NCBI GenBank assembly: GCA_964637575.1
Contig: CAZWVU010000001.1
Coordinates: 53,009 to 117,008 of the forward strand
Source: an uncultured Candidatus Saccharibacteria bacterium
GTDB taxonomy: Bacteria > Patescibacteriota > Minisyncoccia > UBA6257 > WO2-44-18
DNA length: 64,000 bases
Direction of reading: 5' to 3'
Part shown: positions 46,124-56,217 of the stretch, one piece after another
Layout of the letters: each line of letters begins with the position of its first letter
Position numbering within the stretch: position 1 is the first letter of the stretch
Position numbers and translations under genes: made by a program
Notes under the pieces: model-generated
Seen by the model: the letters and a program-made list of their open reading frames with translations, nothing else
What the model was told of the DNA's origin: nothing
Database searches by the model: none

Positions 46124-49100
46124 TTATTGCAAGGTGATCGTTTCCTGCAATCCAGCATCGCTGTTGGAGAGACCAGGAACGAGGAAACCGTTGTACCAGG
46201 TGAAGTCCACAATGCTCTGGGTCGTCGAAGTCGGGTTGCCGCTCCAGATGAAGTCATTGTCATCCCAGCCATCGGCATTCGCAGCAGTGGTCGCGAAGAT
46301 GTACCGGCCGTTCACAAAGTCATCACCTTGTGCCGTCGGATCATAGCTCGCGCCAACACCGTTTCCGTTGCCGGCTGAACCTAACTGACCTGCATCGAAA
46401 GTAGCATCGCCGTCCATCTTGGTTGTGACGTTCGGAGAGCTGGAAGCACCTGTGATGTCACCGACGAGGGCGAAGTATAACGTCTGACCGGCGCTGACGC
46501 GCACCGTGTCCTTGGTAGAACCACCTGTGCTATCGGTCGGGTTGAAGTATACCGTCACCAGAGTCGGGTTAGTCGTGCTGCCACCTGGGTGCAACGCACG
46601 GCCGGATCCTCCATTGTTCACGGTCGCATTCGCGAGACCACCCTGGTTCAAGAGACCGGAGTTGTCGAAGGCGTTGCAAGCCGCGTTGCTGAAGGCCGCA
46701 TCGGAGTAGCAATACACACGGAAGTTCGTAACTTGGAAGTTGCAAGTGTGTCCCGCAACACCGCTGTTATCGCAACCCTGTGTCGTGCTCGTAGAGACTT
46801 CGAAAGCGTACTTGTACAAGCTGACGCCGTTCGTTCCCGCCGGGGCGCTTACGCTGAAGCGATAAAGCGTCTGGCCGGAAGTGTTGGCGAACTTGCCGCT
46901 CGTTGAAATCTTGGTGATCGTCGGATTGGCACGTGTGATTCTCACGCCGTTCGAGGCAGTGTTGCTGCCACCGGAAGCGATCGTGGAACCAGACGACATA
47001 CCGACACCTACCGCACCGCGGTTGCTGTTGTCAGTGCTGCTCTGGGAATCATAGTTCACAAGAACCAGATGACCAGGCTTGGCCGGCTGACCAACACCAA
47101 TCGGAGCGATATCTCCCTTGATGGTCAAGAGAATCTGGCTGTCCTTCGGAACAGTGACACCACTCAAGCTGACCGTGGCGAAATCACCGCTGAAGACCGC
47201 GCTACCAACCTGCTGGGAACCCACCCAAAGAGTAACCTGGCTGAGATCCTGCGGGGTGTTGGAAGCGTTGCCATAGGCATATGCAGCATTGCCGGAAGTG
47301 GTAGCGAGCGTGAGGCCGATGGTATCCACCCGGATGTCTTCATAGGTAGAGGTCAGAGAGAAGACCGCAAGAGTGTTGCCGGTCGTTCCCGACTGAGCCC
47401 ACCGCAAAGACGGGCTGGAGGAATCCAAAGCCAAGCTCAATGTACCAGCTGTGCGGGCAGTGATGGTGCGGCCGTTATCCGCCGTTCCACCAGGAGTAAC
47501 TGTGGTACCGGAAGTAATACCGGTCGCCACTACGTTCGTGGTGGAAGGAGTCGCAAGGCCCCAACCATATGTCTGTCCAGACAACGCCTGAGCCGTCAGG
47601 TTGCAATACAATCCCAATGTCTTCACCGTTCCTTTCGGAATGATCAAGCTTGAGTCAAACGTGAAGGCAACCGCGTCGGCACTCGCAACCGAGTTGCCCG
47701 GGTTCACGATATTGGAACCGCTGTTCAACGCAGTCGTGCCATCTTTCAATTGGCAGTTGGTCATATCGTCTGCGGTATTCGCAGTGCCGATCGCCACGCG
47801 CAATTGCATCTGGGTAAGACGAATGTCTTCGCCGGAGTTCGAGGCATCGAGTACGTAGTTCGTGAAGAGGTAGTTATTCGTACCTGCTACAACGTTCTGA
47901 GCAGCCGCAGCTGAACCCGTTCCAGGCGCAACGGTTACCGACAACGCGGCCGCTTTCACGGTCATCGTGTTCATAGTAATCGTACCGCCAGTCGGCGTAA
48001 TGGACTGGGAAGAAACCAAGCCCTTGACAGTGGTCCACTGGGAGCTCGGGGTGGTAGAAGCCGAAACCGTATCGTTATTCGCGAAATCGGTGCCCAGTTT
48101 ACCTTTCAAGGTGTAAACGTGGCGGCCAACTTTCAAAGTAACGGTATCGGTGAATTTAATGGCGTTCTTGCCGCCCGCTGCACCATCAACCGGACCGGCG
48201 ACTACATTGCCGTTCTCGTCGTACAAGCTGACATTGGTAATGTCGTTCGAATCAATCGCACGGCTACCAGTGCTCGGCTTCACGAGAGAAAGATCAAAGT
48301 TCATCGCGGCAACCGTGACATCTTCACCCTTCACATCAGCCAAGAAACCGCCCAACACCTGGTTGGAAAGGTTGATAGCAATGTTCTGGGCAGCAACCGT
48401 TACGGCTTTTTCAACAGTCAGCGTACCAGCGCCAATGGTGACTTGGAAGCCATCAAAGTTCGGCTGGGAGCTCTGAAGAGTGCCGTTATGGTTGGTGGAA
48501 GAATCACCGGAATCAGTTGCGGTCGGAGCAAGCGTATAACCGTAAGTCAAACCAACGACCTGGATATCGTTGTAGCGATAGAGGTCAAAGCTGACGGTAC
48601 GATTCGTGCCGCTCACGACATCTCCCTTGATAGAAGCTTCCTTGGAAAGACCCTTTTGAATGGTCAAAGGCGGGTTGAAGACGGCGGTATAGTACTTACC
48701 ATCAGAGCTGACGGTAGTATCATACGCGGTTCCATCAACATATACCTTTACATTCGCAAGGTCAGTCGCGCTCGCAGAGCCGGACTGATACCAGCGGAAG
48801 GACTTCAGAGAAACATCTTCATTGGAACCAGCGGTCAACTTGAGGGAAGAGAACGTGTACCCAGTGGTACCGATCTGTTCAGTCAAAGAAGTACCCGGAT
48901 CCAAAGGACCACGAGTGATCGTGACGTTTCCAATAGAAAGCGTGTCGTTTACGGTCATCACGTTTCCGGTCAGAGGGAAACTGGCACCTACATGGGCGGC
49001 TCCCGCATCGACGCCGATCAAGCTCAAGCTGACAAGCTGTCCAGCCTGGTTGGTCTGGCTCGCCGGGGAATCACCGGCCAATGTAATGATCCGGGACTGG

Positions 49101-49885
49101 CCTGCCTTAACTACGAACGGATTCGAAAGTTTCAGGGTGTGGTCAGAACCGAAGGTCTTGGAATCGCCGAGGCGGATTCCATTCTCATCCAAAGCTACAA
49201 CGCCGCTGAATGCAGCATCGGCGCCCTGGCCAGTTCTCTGAACGGTCAAGCTATTTACCGTAACATCGCCATCAGCAGAGGCCGAGAACACCAATTTGGT
49301 GAACGGGCGGCTCGCAAATGACTTGCCGAAAAGACCAGCAGCTGGCTGATCAGCGGCCAAATTAACAGAAAGTCCGCTTCCAGACGGTACTGGAGTCGGG
49401 CTTGGGGTCGGGACCGGAGCAGGAGTAGTGCCAGCGACAAGCACGGCATACTTCGCTCGTGATTTCGGACCAAAATAACCGACAGCCGGGGAAAGGCCAT
49501 TGGCAGCTTGCCACTTGGCTACCGCAGCAGCGGTCCTTGAACCGAAATACATAGATTCATTGCCTCTTGATCCCGCGCCGCTGGCAGATACCATCGAGTT
49601 GCCACCATCATTCAAGTACTGCTGCAGGCACATAACGTCATTGCCAGTTACACCCACGGTGAGGTCGCGGGTAAACGTGCAATGAACGGCAGAGCCGGAG
49701 CCACCTGTCTGATTAGCAAGCTGTGATTGTAACGCAGCGATTTGGGATAACAAGGCATTGATCTGGGTTTGCAAATCCGTAACGGATTGCGCGTTGGCAA
49801 CCGGTACGAACATCGCAAAGCTAGAAAGCCATACAGCGGTAGTTGCGGTAAGCAATACCGATGTAATTTTATTTGTTATGTTCAT
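46124..49885 (-). CDS. large secreted S-layer-like protein with N-terminal coiled coil and peptidoglycan-binding-like domain
   Basis: Signal peptide, DLQTQINALLSQIAALQSQL, CTFTRDLTVG..DVMCLQQYLN..YFG, PT linker, then Thr/Ser/Gly-rich beta repeats; 1253 aa; strong terminator. Confidence 0.75.
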   Translation of the reverse strand: MNITNKITSVLLTATTAVWLSSFAMFVPVANAQSVTDLQTQINALLSQIAALQSQLANQTGGSGSAVHCTFTRDLTVGVTGNDVMCLQQYLNDGGNSMVSASGAGSRGNESMYFGSRTAAAVAKWQAANGLSPAVGYFGPKSRAKYAVLVAGTTPAPVPTPSPTPVPSGSGLSVNLAADQPAAGLFGKSFASRPFTKLVFSASADGDVTVNSLTVQRTGQGADAAFSGVVALDENGIRLGDSKTFGSDHTLKLSNPFVVKAGQSRIITLAGDSPASQTNQAGQLVSLSLIGVDAGAAHVGASFPLTGNVMTVNDTLSIGNVTITRGPLDPGTSLTEQIGTTGYTFSSLKLTAGSNEDVSLKSFRWYQSGSASATDLANVKVYVDGTAYDTTVSSDGKYYTAVFNPPLTIQKGLSKEASIKGDVVSGTNRTVSFDLYRYNDIQVVGLTYGYTLAPTATDSGDSSTNHNGTLQSSQPNFDGFQVTIGAGTLTVEKAVTVAAQNIAINLSNQVLGGFLADVKGEDVTVAAMNFDLSLVKPSTGSRAIDSNDITNVSLYDENGNVVAGPVDGAAGGKNAIKFTDTVTLKVGRHVYTLKGKLGTDFANNDTVSASTTPSSQWTTVKGLVSSQSITPTGGTITMNTMTVKAAALSVTVAPGTGSAAAAQNVVAGTNNYLFTNYVLDASNSGEDIRLTQMQLRVAIGTANTADDMTNCQLKDGTTALNSGSNIVNPGNSVASADAVAFTFDSSLIIPKGTVKTLGLYCNLTAQALSGQTYGWGLATPSTTNVVATGITSGTTVTPGGTADNGRTITARTAGTLSLALDSSSPSLRWAQSGTTGNTLAVFSLTSTYEDIRVDTIGLTLATTSGNAAYAYGNASNTPQDLSQVTLWVGSQQVGSAVFSGDFATVSLSGVTVPKDSQILLTIKGDIAPIGVGQPAKPGHLVLVNYDSQSSTDNSNRGAVGVGMSSGSTIASGGSNTASNGVRITRANPTITKISTSGKFANTSGQTLYRFSVSAPAGTNGVSLYKYAFEVSTSTTQGCDNSGVAGHTCNFQVTNFRVYCYSDAAFSNAACNAFDNSGLLNQGGLANATVNNGGSGRALHPGGSTTNPTLVTVYFNPTDSTGGSTKDTVRVSAGQTLYFALVGDITGASSSPNVTTKMDGDATFDAGQLGSAGNGNGVGASYDPTAQGDDFVNGRYIFATTAANADGWDDNDFIWSGNPTSTTQSIVDFTWYNGFLVPGLSNSDAGLQETITLQ

Positions 49886-50158
49886 TGATTAATTTTTGTA
49901 ATTACTGAATTCTTTTTTAATTTCTCGTCCAAAATCGTTCTCCATCTTTCTGCCACGTAAAGTGCTGCAGAAATCGACCTTGATAGAAAACCTATCTCAA
50001 TAGCTTATTCTGGTAATGACTCTGCTCGGATATTTTTTTATTTGTGAGGAATAAAAAAAGTCTCCCAAATGTGGGAGGCTGCAAAGCAATGTCGCAATCG
50101 ACAAGAGATCAACATTGCTAATGACTAAGCCTCACACAAAGCCACTACATAGAGTATA
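49886..50158 (-). promoter_or_regulatory. long structured 5' leader of S-layer gene with alternative terminator/antiterminator
   Basis: -10 TATACT at 50153-50158; stems 50110-50119/50085-50094 and 50128-50138/50070-50080; competing hairpin 50072-50080/50059-50067 + U7. Confidence 0.55.
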
Positions 50159-50181
50159 ACGACCGTATGGGCTATTTATTA

Positions 50182-50456
50182 CGGCAATTATATGCGGCAA
50201 ACACTATCCCTTAAGGGCGTAGTAGCTTCCAGGTCCCCCATTGCCGATTCGTTCAATAAGGCCCTGTAAGCAGAGCTTTTGAAGATCGTAGCGCATGGTT
50301 CTTTCGCTCACTTCAGGAAATGCGGCAATAATGTCTTTAAGCTGGGCTTGCCGGTTTTCGGATTGCCGTATTTTATCTAAAATTGCCGATTGCCGAATTG
50401 TGGATGCCATTCCATTTCCGTTTCCATCTATTGCTACCATTGGCGCAGAATTGCCG
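50182..50456. repeat. cluster of ATTGCCG/CGGCAAT heptamers
   Basis: Exact copies at 50182, 50240, 50323, 50362, 50382, 50389, 50450; 6/7 copies at 50195, 50347. Confidence 0.75.
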
Positions 50457-50827
50457 TTTTCTTTTTTTGCAAGATCGTCACTTATGATAGTAGGGACCTT
50501 AGAAAAAATCGGCGCAACATCGGAAGTGTTTTGAGATTCAGATTCTATTCCGGTGATTTGTTCAAGTGACTCCTTTACTGACCGCAACTCGCCAATTATT
50601 ATCTTGGCATTCACTGGTTCGATTTCATACATTAACTTTCCAAGACTGATCAAAGACTCCAAAACAACGATTGATTTTAAAGCGTCCTCGAAATTTTGCA
50701 TGCCTACATTTTCCAAAAGCTGAAAGGCATATTTTTCGAGACGTTGCCGAAGTTCCACCCGCCGAATGTAGGGGGCAATGCGGGTCAGTGCATAGCTAAT
50801 TTCCTGCGTTTTCTGATTCACAAACAT
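50204..50827 (-). CDS. helical N-terminal domain + C-terminal DeoR-like winged HTH protein
   Basis: C-terminal RQSAILDKIRQ...LKDIIAAFPEVSERTMRYDLQKL...GLIERIG..Y. Confidence 0.75.
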   Translation of the reverse strand: MFVNQKTQEISYALTRIAPYIRRVELRQRLEKYAFQLLENVGMQNFEDALKSIVVLESLISLGKLMYEIEPVNAKIIIGELRSVKESLEQITGIESESQNTSDVAPIFSKVPTIISDDLAKKENGNSAPMVAIDGNGNGMASTIRQSAILDKIRQSENRQAQLKDIIAAFPEVSERTMRYDLQKLCLQGLIERIGNGGPGSYYALKG

Positions 50828-50864
50828 TAGAAATTAATCTAGAATAAAAATGTATGGAAGTCAA
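50817..50864. promoter_or_regulatory. interlocked divergent leaderless promoters
   Basis: Plus: TTCACA(50817-50822)-17-TAGAAT(50840-50845)-8-ATG. Minus: TTGACT(50859-50864)-17-TAGATT(50836-50841)-8-ATG. Confidence 0.7.
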
Positions 50865-51678
50865 AGTTGCTGTATTGCCGGTTGCCGGATTAGGAACAAG
50901 AGTAATGCCGCTTACCCTGCACCAACCAAAAGCAATGATTGGCATTGTGGACAGGCCAATGATCCATTATGTCATTGATGAGATAGCTGCCGCGGGCATC
51001 CGGCGGATAATAATTGTTGCCGGACCGCAACAGCACGAGTTCAAAAGATACGTAGAGCATCTTGAGAAAAGCTGGGATAAAAAATACAAAATTCAATTTC
51101 AGTTTGCCGTTCAAAAAAACCAATGGGGCAATGGCGATGCCATCTATGCGGCAAGGCATCTTCTGAAAAATGAGCCGTTTCTGGTTTGTTTTTCGGATGA
51201 CCTGCTTGTCGATGCTGTCCCGCCAATGCAGACCCTGGTCAAGCTTTTTCATAAAACCCAGTCACCGATTGTTACGCTGGAACGCGTGCCGAAATCGCGT
51301 GTCTCCTCTTATGGCGTGGTAAAGGCCACAAAGCATGGGGTGTCGGAGCATGCCTATCGCATCAGCGACGTCGTAGAAAAGCCCAAAATAAGCGAAGCGC
51401 CTTCTAATCTGACTATTATTGGAAGGTACGTGCTGACTCCGGAAATACTCGCCCACATTGGAAATCTTTACCCTTATCGAGGCCGTGAGATCGGCCTCGC
51501 CGATGCGCTCAAAAATTACGCTCGTGCCGGAAACGAGCTCTGCGGCTGGCTTTTTCAGGGAACACGCTTTGATGCAGGATCCAAGCTGGGAATATTAAAG
51601 GCACAGGCTTATTTCGGAACGCATCATAAGGAGTTTGGGGCTGAATTTGTCCGCTATCTCAAAAACCTGCGGAGCTAA
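50854..51678 (+). CDS. galU: UTP--glucose-1-phosphate uridylyltransferase
   Basis: AVLPVAGLGTR..P.T..PKAM, VVEKP, SNLTIIGRYVLTPEI, RFDAGSKLG. Confidence 0.9.
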   Translation: MEVKVAVLPVAGLGTRVMPLTLHQPKAMIGIVDRPMIHYVIDEIAAAGIRRIIIVAGPQQHEFKRYVEHLEKSWDKKYKIQFQFAVQKNQWGNGDAIYAARHLLKNEPFLVCFSDDLLVDAVPPMQTLVKLFHKTQSPIVTLERVPKSRVSSYGVVKATKHGVSEHAYRISDVVEKPKISEAPSNLTIIGRYVLTPEILAHIGNLYPYRGREIGLADALKNYARAGNELCGWLFQGTRFDAGSKLGILKAQAYFGTHHKEFGAEFVRYLKNLRS

Positions 51679-52376
51679 ACTCCCCAACGGGAAAACACGA
51701 ATACCAGGAGCGTGAGCGTCGTAAGAAGCGTGCCATGAATTAATACTGTTCTTTTGGTGAGCTTGTGTTCCTGATGATAGTAGGCGATATCGGCAAGGAG
51801 TATCCAAGAAAGAGCGGCTAAGCCGGATTGGCTGAGAAAGCCGATAGGTAATAATGAGATAGCCCAGGCGATTTGAAGTCCGAGAAAGCTGACTAACCAG
51901 CGGGCGGCCCTATGGACAATGACCTGCTTCATAAGAATTACAAAGCCTATAAAAATCCCGAAAAGTCGCAGGAACTCGCTTGTGCCGGGATAGTAAAAAA
52001 ACATGATAAAAAGCGGGTAGGACAACAAGAGCACCAGCACTCTCTGCCAGCTTTCCCGGTCAACAAGCGCCAGATCCTTTATGCCCAGAATCAGATAGAA
52101 CAGAACGGCAAAATAGAGCATCGGAACGATTCCTGAAGAAAATGTCTGCACGGTCATAATTACCTCCGCTAAAAGAAGAATAAAGGGCCCGCCCAGCTCA
52201 AACGTGCGGAAAAAAGGAATTGCATATAAAAACCCGGCGCATATTCCAAAAAACAGTATCGGGAAAAAACCGAGGCGCCCGGACGAGAGCGTTCCCAACA
52301 GGAACGCGAACACCAGGGTTTTAACTGCTAACCGTAATTTGGGATTCTGAAAAACCAATTTTAACTTTGTCTCCAT
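51675..52376 (-). CDS. hypothetical multi-pass membrane protein
   Basis: About 8 hydrophobic segments; 5' end overlaps the clpB 3' end by 56 nt. Confidence 0.7.
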   Translation of the reverse strand: METKLKLVFQNPKLRLAVKTLVFAFLLGTLSSGRLGFFPILFFGICAGFLYAIPFFRTFELGGPFILLLAEVIMTVQTFSSGIVPMLYFAVLFYLILGIKDLALVDRESWQRVLVLLLSYPLFIMFFYYPGTSEFLRLFGIFIGFVILMKQVIVHRAARWLVSFLGLQIAWAISLLPIGFLSQSGLAALSWILLADIAYYHQEHKLTKRTVLIHGTLLTTLTLLVFVFSRWGV

Positions 52377-54936
52377 TGTTCAGTTCTCCGCCGATAATTT
52401 TATCGGCTAATTTGTCCAGGATTGCTTTTTGAATGAGGCGCTTGATCGGCCGCGCGCCATACTCCGGATCGAAACCGTTATCAACAATGTACTTTTTCGC
52501 GGCGGGATCGATAGTAATTTTAATATCGCGCTCTTTGAGCTTCTCCTTCACCAATTCTAATTGCAAATCCACGATCTTTTCAATTTCCTTCTTGTGAAGC
52601 GGGTTAAAAATGATGATTTCATCGAGACGGTTCAGAAATTCCGGCTTGAATGTCCGGCGAAGCGAATCCATGATCTTATCCTTATAATTCCCCTCCTGGG
52701 CCTGTGCCTCTCCGTCGAAAAGCGAGGCAAAGCCGATGTTGGAGATCTGCTTGAAGAAGTGACTCCCCGCATTTGAGGTCAAAAGGATAATTGAATTTTT
52801 AAAGTTAATCACCTTCCCTTTGCCGTCGGTAAGGCGGCCGTTATCCAATATCTGGAGCAAGATATTAAACACTTCCGGATGAGCTTTTTCTATTTCATCA
52901 AACAAAATCAAACTGTAGGGACGATGGCGAACCATCTCCGTAAGCTGGCCCCCTTCTTCAAATCCCACATATCCCGGAGGCGATCCGATCAGGCGGGCGA
53001 CGGAGTGCTTTTCCATGTATTCGGACATATCAATGCGGACCAGCGCTTTCTCGTCATTAAACATAAACTCCGCAAGCGCCCGGGCCAGCGCAGTCTTTCC
53101 CACGCCGGTTGGCCCTAAAAATATGAAGGATCCGAGCGGCCGGTGTTCATCGGCCAATCCGGCGCGCGCCCGCCGGAGCGCGTTCGCAACTGAGCCGATC
53201 GCCTCTTCCTGGCCGACTACCCGGCTCTGCAGAGCCTCTTCAATTCTTGTCAGTTTTTTCGCTTCCGACTCCAGCATCCGGTTCACCGGAATTCCCGTCC
53301 AGCGCGAAACCACCGTCGCGATATCTTCCGCGTCAACTGCTTCCTTAATAAAACCATGGTCCTTGGCCTGCTTCTTTTCAAGATTTTTATAATCTTTTTC
53401 CGCTTGCGGCAGACTGCCGTACAAAATTTCCGCCACCCGCTCCAGATCGCCCTCCCGCTCCGCCACTTCGGCGTCACGACGCAAATCCTCTATTTTTTTC
53501 CGAAGATTGTGAAGATTTTCAAAGGCGATTTTTTCCGCATGCCACGTCGCGGACAATTCGTCATTGCGCGCTTTTAATTTCTCAATCTGGCCGCCTACTT
53601 CCTTAATCCTGGCTTTATTTTTGGTGACGCCCTCTTTTTGCAATGCGGAGCGTTCAATTTCCAATCGGGTCATTTCCCGGCGAAGTTTTTCTATTTCAGC
53701 GGGCAGACTTTCTGTTTCCAGCCGCCGGGCCGCCGCCGCTTCATCAATCAAATCCACTGCCTTATCAGGCAAAAAGCGGTCGGTAATATAACGGGCGGAA
53801 AGATTCACCGCTTCGGTAATTGCCTCGTCGCTGATACGCAGTCCGTGATGAGTCTCGTATTTTTCCTTCAGGCCGCGCAAAATCGCGATCGTGTCCTCAA
53901 CGGTCGGCTCTTCAACCATAATCGGCTGAAAGCGGCGTTCCAGCGCCGGATCCTTTTCAATATGCCGCTGGTATTCCCTGATTGTTGTGGCGCCGACCGC
54001 ATGCAATTCTCCGCGCGCCAATGGGGGTTTCAGCAAATTAGAGGCATCCACCGCTCCCTCCGCGGCGCCGGCTCCTACAATCATATGTATTTCGTCGATA
54101 AATAAGATCAATCTGCCGGCCGCGTTCTGTATCTCCCGGACAAATGCCTTCAGTCGGTCTTCAAATTCGCCGCGGAATTTCGTTCCCGCGATCAGCGATC
54201 CAAGATCAAGCATGATTATTTCCTTACCCTTCAGGGTCTCCGGGACATCTCCGGAAATAATCCGCTGGGCCAGTCCTTCCACGATTGCGGTCTTTCCGAC
54301 GCCGGGCTCTCCGATCAATACGGGATTATTTTTGGTGCGGCGGCTCAACACCTGAATCAGGCGGCGCAATTCTTCGTCCCTGCCGATTACCGGATCAAGC
54401 TTCCCTTCGCGCGCCCGATCAGTAAGATTGATGGCGTATTTTTCCAGAACCTGAAATTTGCTTTCCGGGGTCTCGTCAGTAACGCGCGTGGATCCGCGGA
54501 GCTGGGCCAGCGCCCGAAACGCAACATCTCTCCGCAATCCCGCCTTCTCCAGAAGTTTCTGGGCGGCGGAAGAGGAATCCAGGACACTGAGCAACAGGTG
54601 CTCGCAGGAAATATATTCATCCTTCTGCTGAAGGGCAATTTTTCCCGCGCGATCCAGCACCTGCATCAGCTCAGGCGAAAGATAAAGCTGGCCGACGCTG
54701 GAAGCCCCGAAAATTTTCGGCATTTTTTTAAGTTCACCTTCCACTTCCCCATGAAGCGTGTCGATATTGACTCCGGCTTTTACGAGCATCGGACGGACCA
54801 GCGTCTGCTCGTCTTCAATGAGCGTGTACAAAAGATGGAGGACTTTGAACTCTCCGTGATTCCACTGACCGGCAAGCTCCTGCGCCTGCTGGAGCGCTTC
54901 CTGGGCGCGGATGGTAAAACGATTAAATGATGGCAT
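52321..54936 (-). CDS. clpB: ATP-dependent chaperone ClpB
   Basis: Clp N domain, GEPGVGKT, coiled-coil middle domain, [26 protein letters not shown]. Confidence 0.95.
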   Translation of the reverse strand: MPSFNRFTIRAQEALQQAQELAGQWNHGEFKVLHLLYTLIEDEQTLVRPMLVKAGVNIDTLHGEVEGELKKMPKIFGASSVGQLYLSPELMQVLDRAGKIALQQKDEYISCEHLLLSVLDSSSAAQKLLEKAGLRRDVAFRALAQLRGSTRVTDETPESKFQVLEKYAINLTDRAREGKLDPVIGRDEELRRLIQVLSRRTKNNPVLIGEPGVGKTAIVEGLAQRIISGDVPETLKGKEIIMLDLGSLIAGTKFRGEFEDRLKAFVREIQNAAGRLILFIDEIHMIVGAGAAEGAVDASNLLKPPLARGELHAVGATTIREYQRHIEKDPALERRFQPIMVEEPTVEDTIAILRGLKEKYETHHGLRISDEAITEAVNLSARYITDRFLPDKAVDLIDEAAAARRLETESLPAEIEKLRREMTRLEIERSALQKEGVTKNKARIKEVGGQIEKLKARNDELSATWHAEKIAFENLHNLRKKIEDLRRDAEVAEREGDLERVAEILYGSLPQAEKDYKNLEKKQAKDHGFIKEAVDAEDIATVVSRWTGIPVNRMLESEAKKLTRIEEALQSRVVGQEEAIGSVANALRRARAGLADEHRPLGSFIFLGPTGVGKTALARALAEFMFNDEKALVRIDMSEYMEKHSVARLIGSPPGYVGFEEGGQLTEMVRHRPYSLILFDEIEKAHPEVFNILLQILDNGRLTDGKGKVINFKNSIILLTSNAGSHFFKQISNIGFASLFDGEAQAQEGNYKDKIMDSLRRTFKPEFLNRLDEIIIFNPLHKKEIEKIVDLQLELVKEKLKERDIKITIDPAAKKYIVDNGFDPEYGARPIKRLIQKAILDKLADKIIGGELNNGDKVKIGFSESQITVSS

Positions 54937-54970
54937 GGTGGTTTATATTAATTTCCGCAGAATTTTATCA

Positions 54971-56212
54971 TTATATTTTTCTTTCAGCAAGAGTGACCGA
55001 CACTGTCATCTCTTTTCCTGCGTGCAAAAGAGTAATTGACACGGTATCGCCGACAGAAAAGCTCTGCAATAACTCCGCCGGCGTGTGATCGGCATCCACT
55101 GTCCGGCCGTTGATCGCGATAATAATGTCCCCGGCCTGGATGCCGGCATTCGCGGCCGGAGATTGTGGAATAACTGCCGGACCACCCGCGCCGCCGCGCA
55201 CAATCACGCCTTTATCGGTGGGAAGTTTGTCCCGTTTCGCAATATCGGAAGAATTCAGGACGTAGCGGATGCCGAGAAATGGCGTCTGGATTTTTCCGGT
55301 AGCCTTTACGGAATTAATGTCGCGTTTGGCAAGATTGATCGGCAGGGCAAATCCGATATTTTGCGCGCCCTCGGCGGTAGCGGTGTTGATACCGATCACC
55401 TCTCCCCGCAAATTCAGAAGCGGCCCGCCGGAATTGCCGAGATTGATAGCCGCATCGGTCTGAATAATCCCCTTCAGTTCTTCCTCAAAACCGCTCTGTT
55501 CCCCTGCGGTAATTTTCCTGGAAAGTCCGGAGATAATTCCCACTGATACGGTGTTTCGGAATTCCCCGAGCGCATTGCCGATGGCAATTGCAGTCTGTCC
55601 AAGCTTGATCGAGTCGGAATCGCCCAAAGTGATCACCGGCAACCCGCCGGCGGGGGCTTCAATTTTTACTACTGCGAGATCCTGGACGGAATCGCGGGCG
55701 ACTACCTTGGCGGAATATTTTTTCCCGTCATTGGTAAACACCGTGTAAGAAGCGTTGGTGTCCTGCACCACGTGTTTGTTGGTTAAAATCAGTCCGTCGC
55801 CGGAAATAATGAATCCGCTGCCGCCGCCCACTTCCTGAAGTTTAGTGCCTTTCTGGCACGGCTGGGAAAATTGGACATTCCCGAAAAATTGCTGGAATTC
55901 CGGCGGAAGATCACCGAACGGATTAACAGGGCAGTTTTCTATAATAGGAACGTTTTTGCTGATGACGATAGACACTACTGACGGCGAGGCCTGCTGGACC
56001 GCGTCAATAATATGCTGTTCGTAATCGACCGGCGCCCGGTATTCCGGCGCAGGCGAGGTTTGCACATTTGGCGTGCTCGAGCCAACTCCGAAAAGATTAT
56101 GAAGAAAATCCTGGAAAAAACTTGCATGCGCGGAAGGACTCGCAAACACCAGGAGCGCCGCTACGACGACTACGGCACCCCCGCCAAGCCATAGAGTGCG
56201 GTGTTGTTTCAT
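54971..56212 (-). CDS. HtrA/DegP-family serine protease with PDZ domain
   Basis: GSGFII, TNKHVV, DLAV, QTDAAINLGNSGGPL, PDZ; N-terminal TM. Confidence 0.95.
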   Translation of the reverse strand: MKQHRTLWLGGGAVVVVAALLVFASPSAHASFFQDFLHNLFGVGSSTPNVQTSPAPEYRAPVDYEQHIIDAVQQASPSVVSIVISKNVPIIENCPVNPFGDLPPEFQQFFGNVQFSQPCQKGTKLQEVGGGSGFIISGDGLILTNKHVVQDTNASYTVFTNDGKKYSAKVVARDSVQDLAVVKIEAPAGGLPVITLGDSDSIKLGQTAIAIGNALGEFRNTVSVGIISGLSRKITAGEQSGFEEELKGIIQTDAAINLGNSGGPLLNLRGEVIGINTATAEGAQNIGFALPINLAKRDINSVKATGKIQTPFLGIRYVLNSSDIAKRDKLPTDKGVIVRGGAGGPAVIPQSPAANAGIQAGDIIIAINGRTVDADHTPAELLQSFSVGDTVSITLLHAGKEMTVSVTLAERKI

Positions 56213-56217
56213 ATTCT

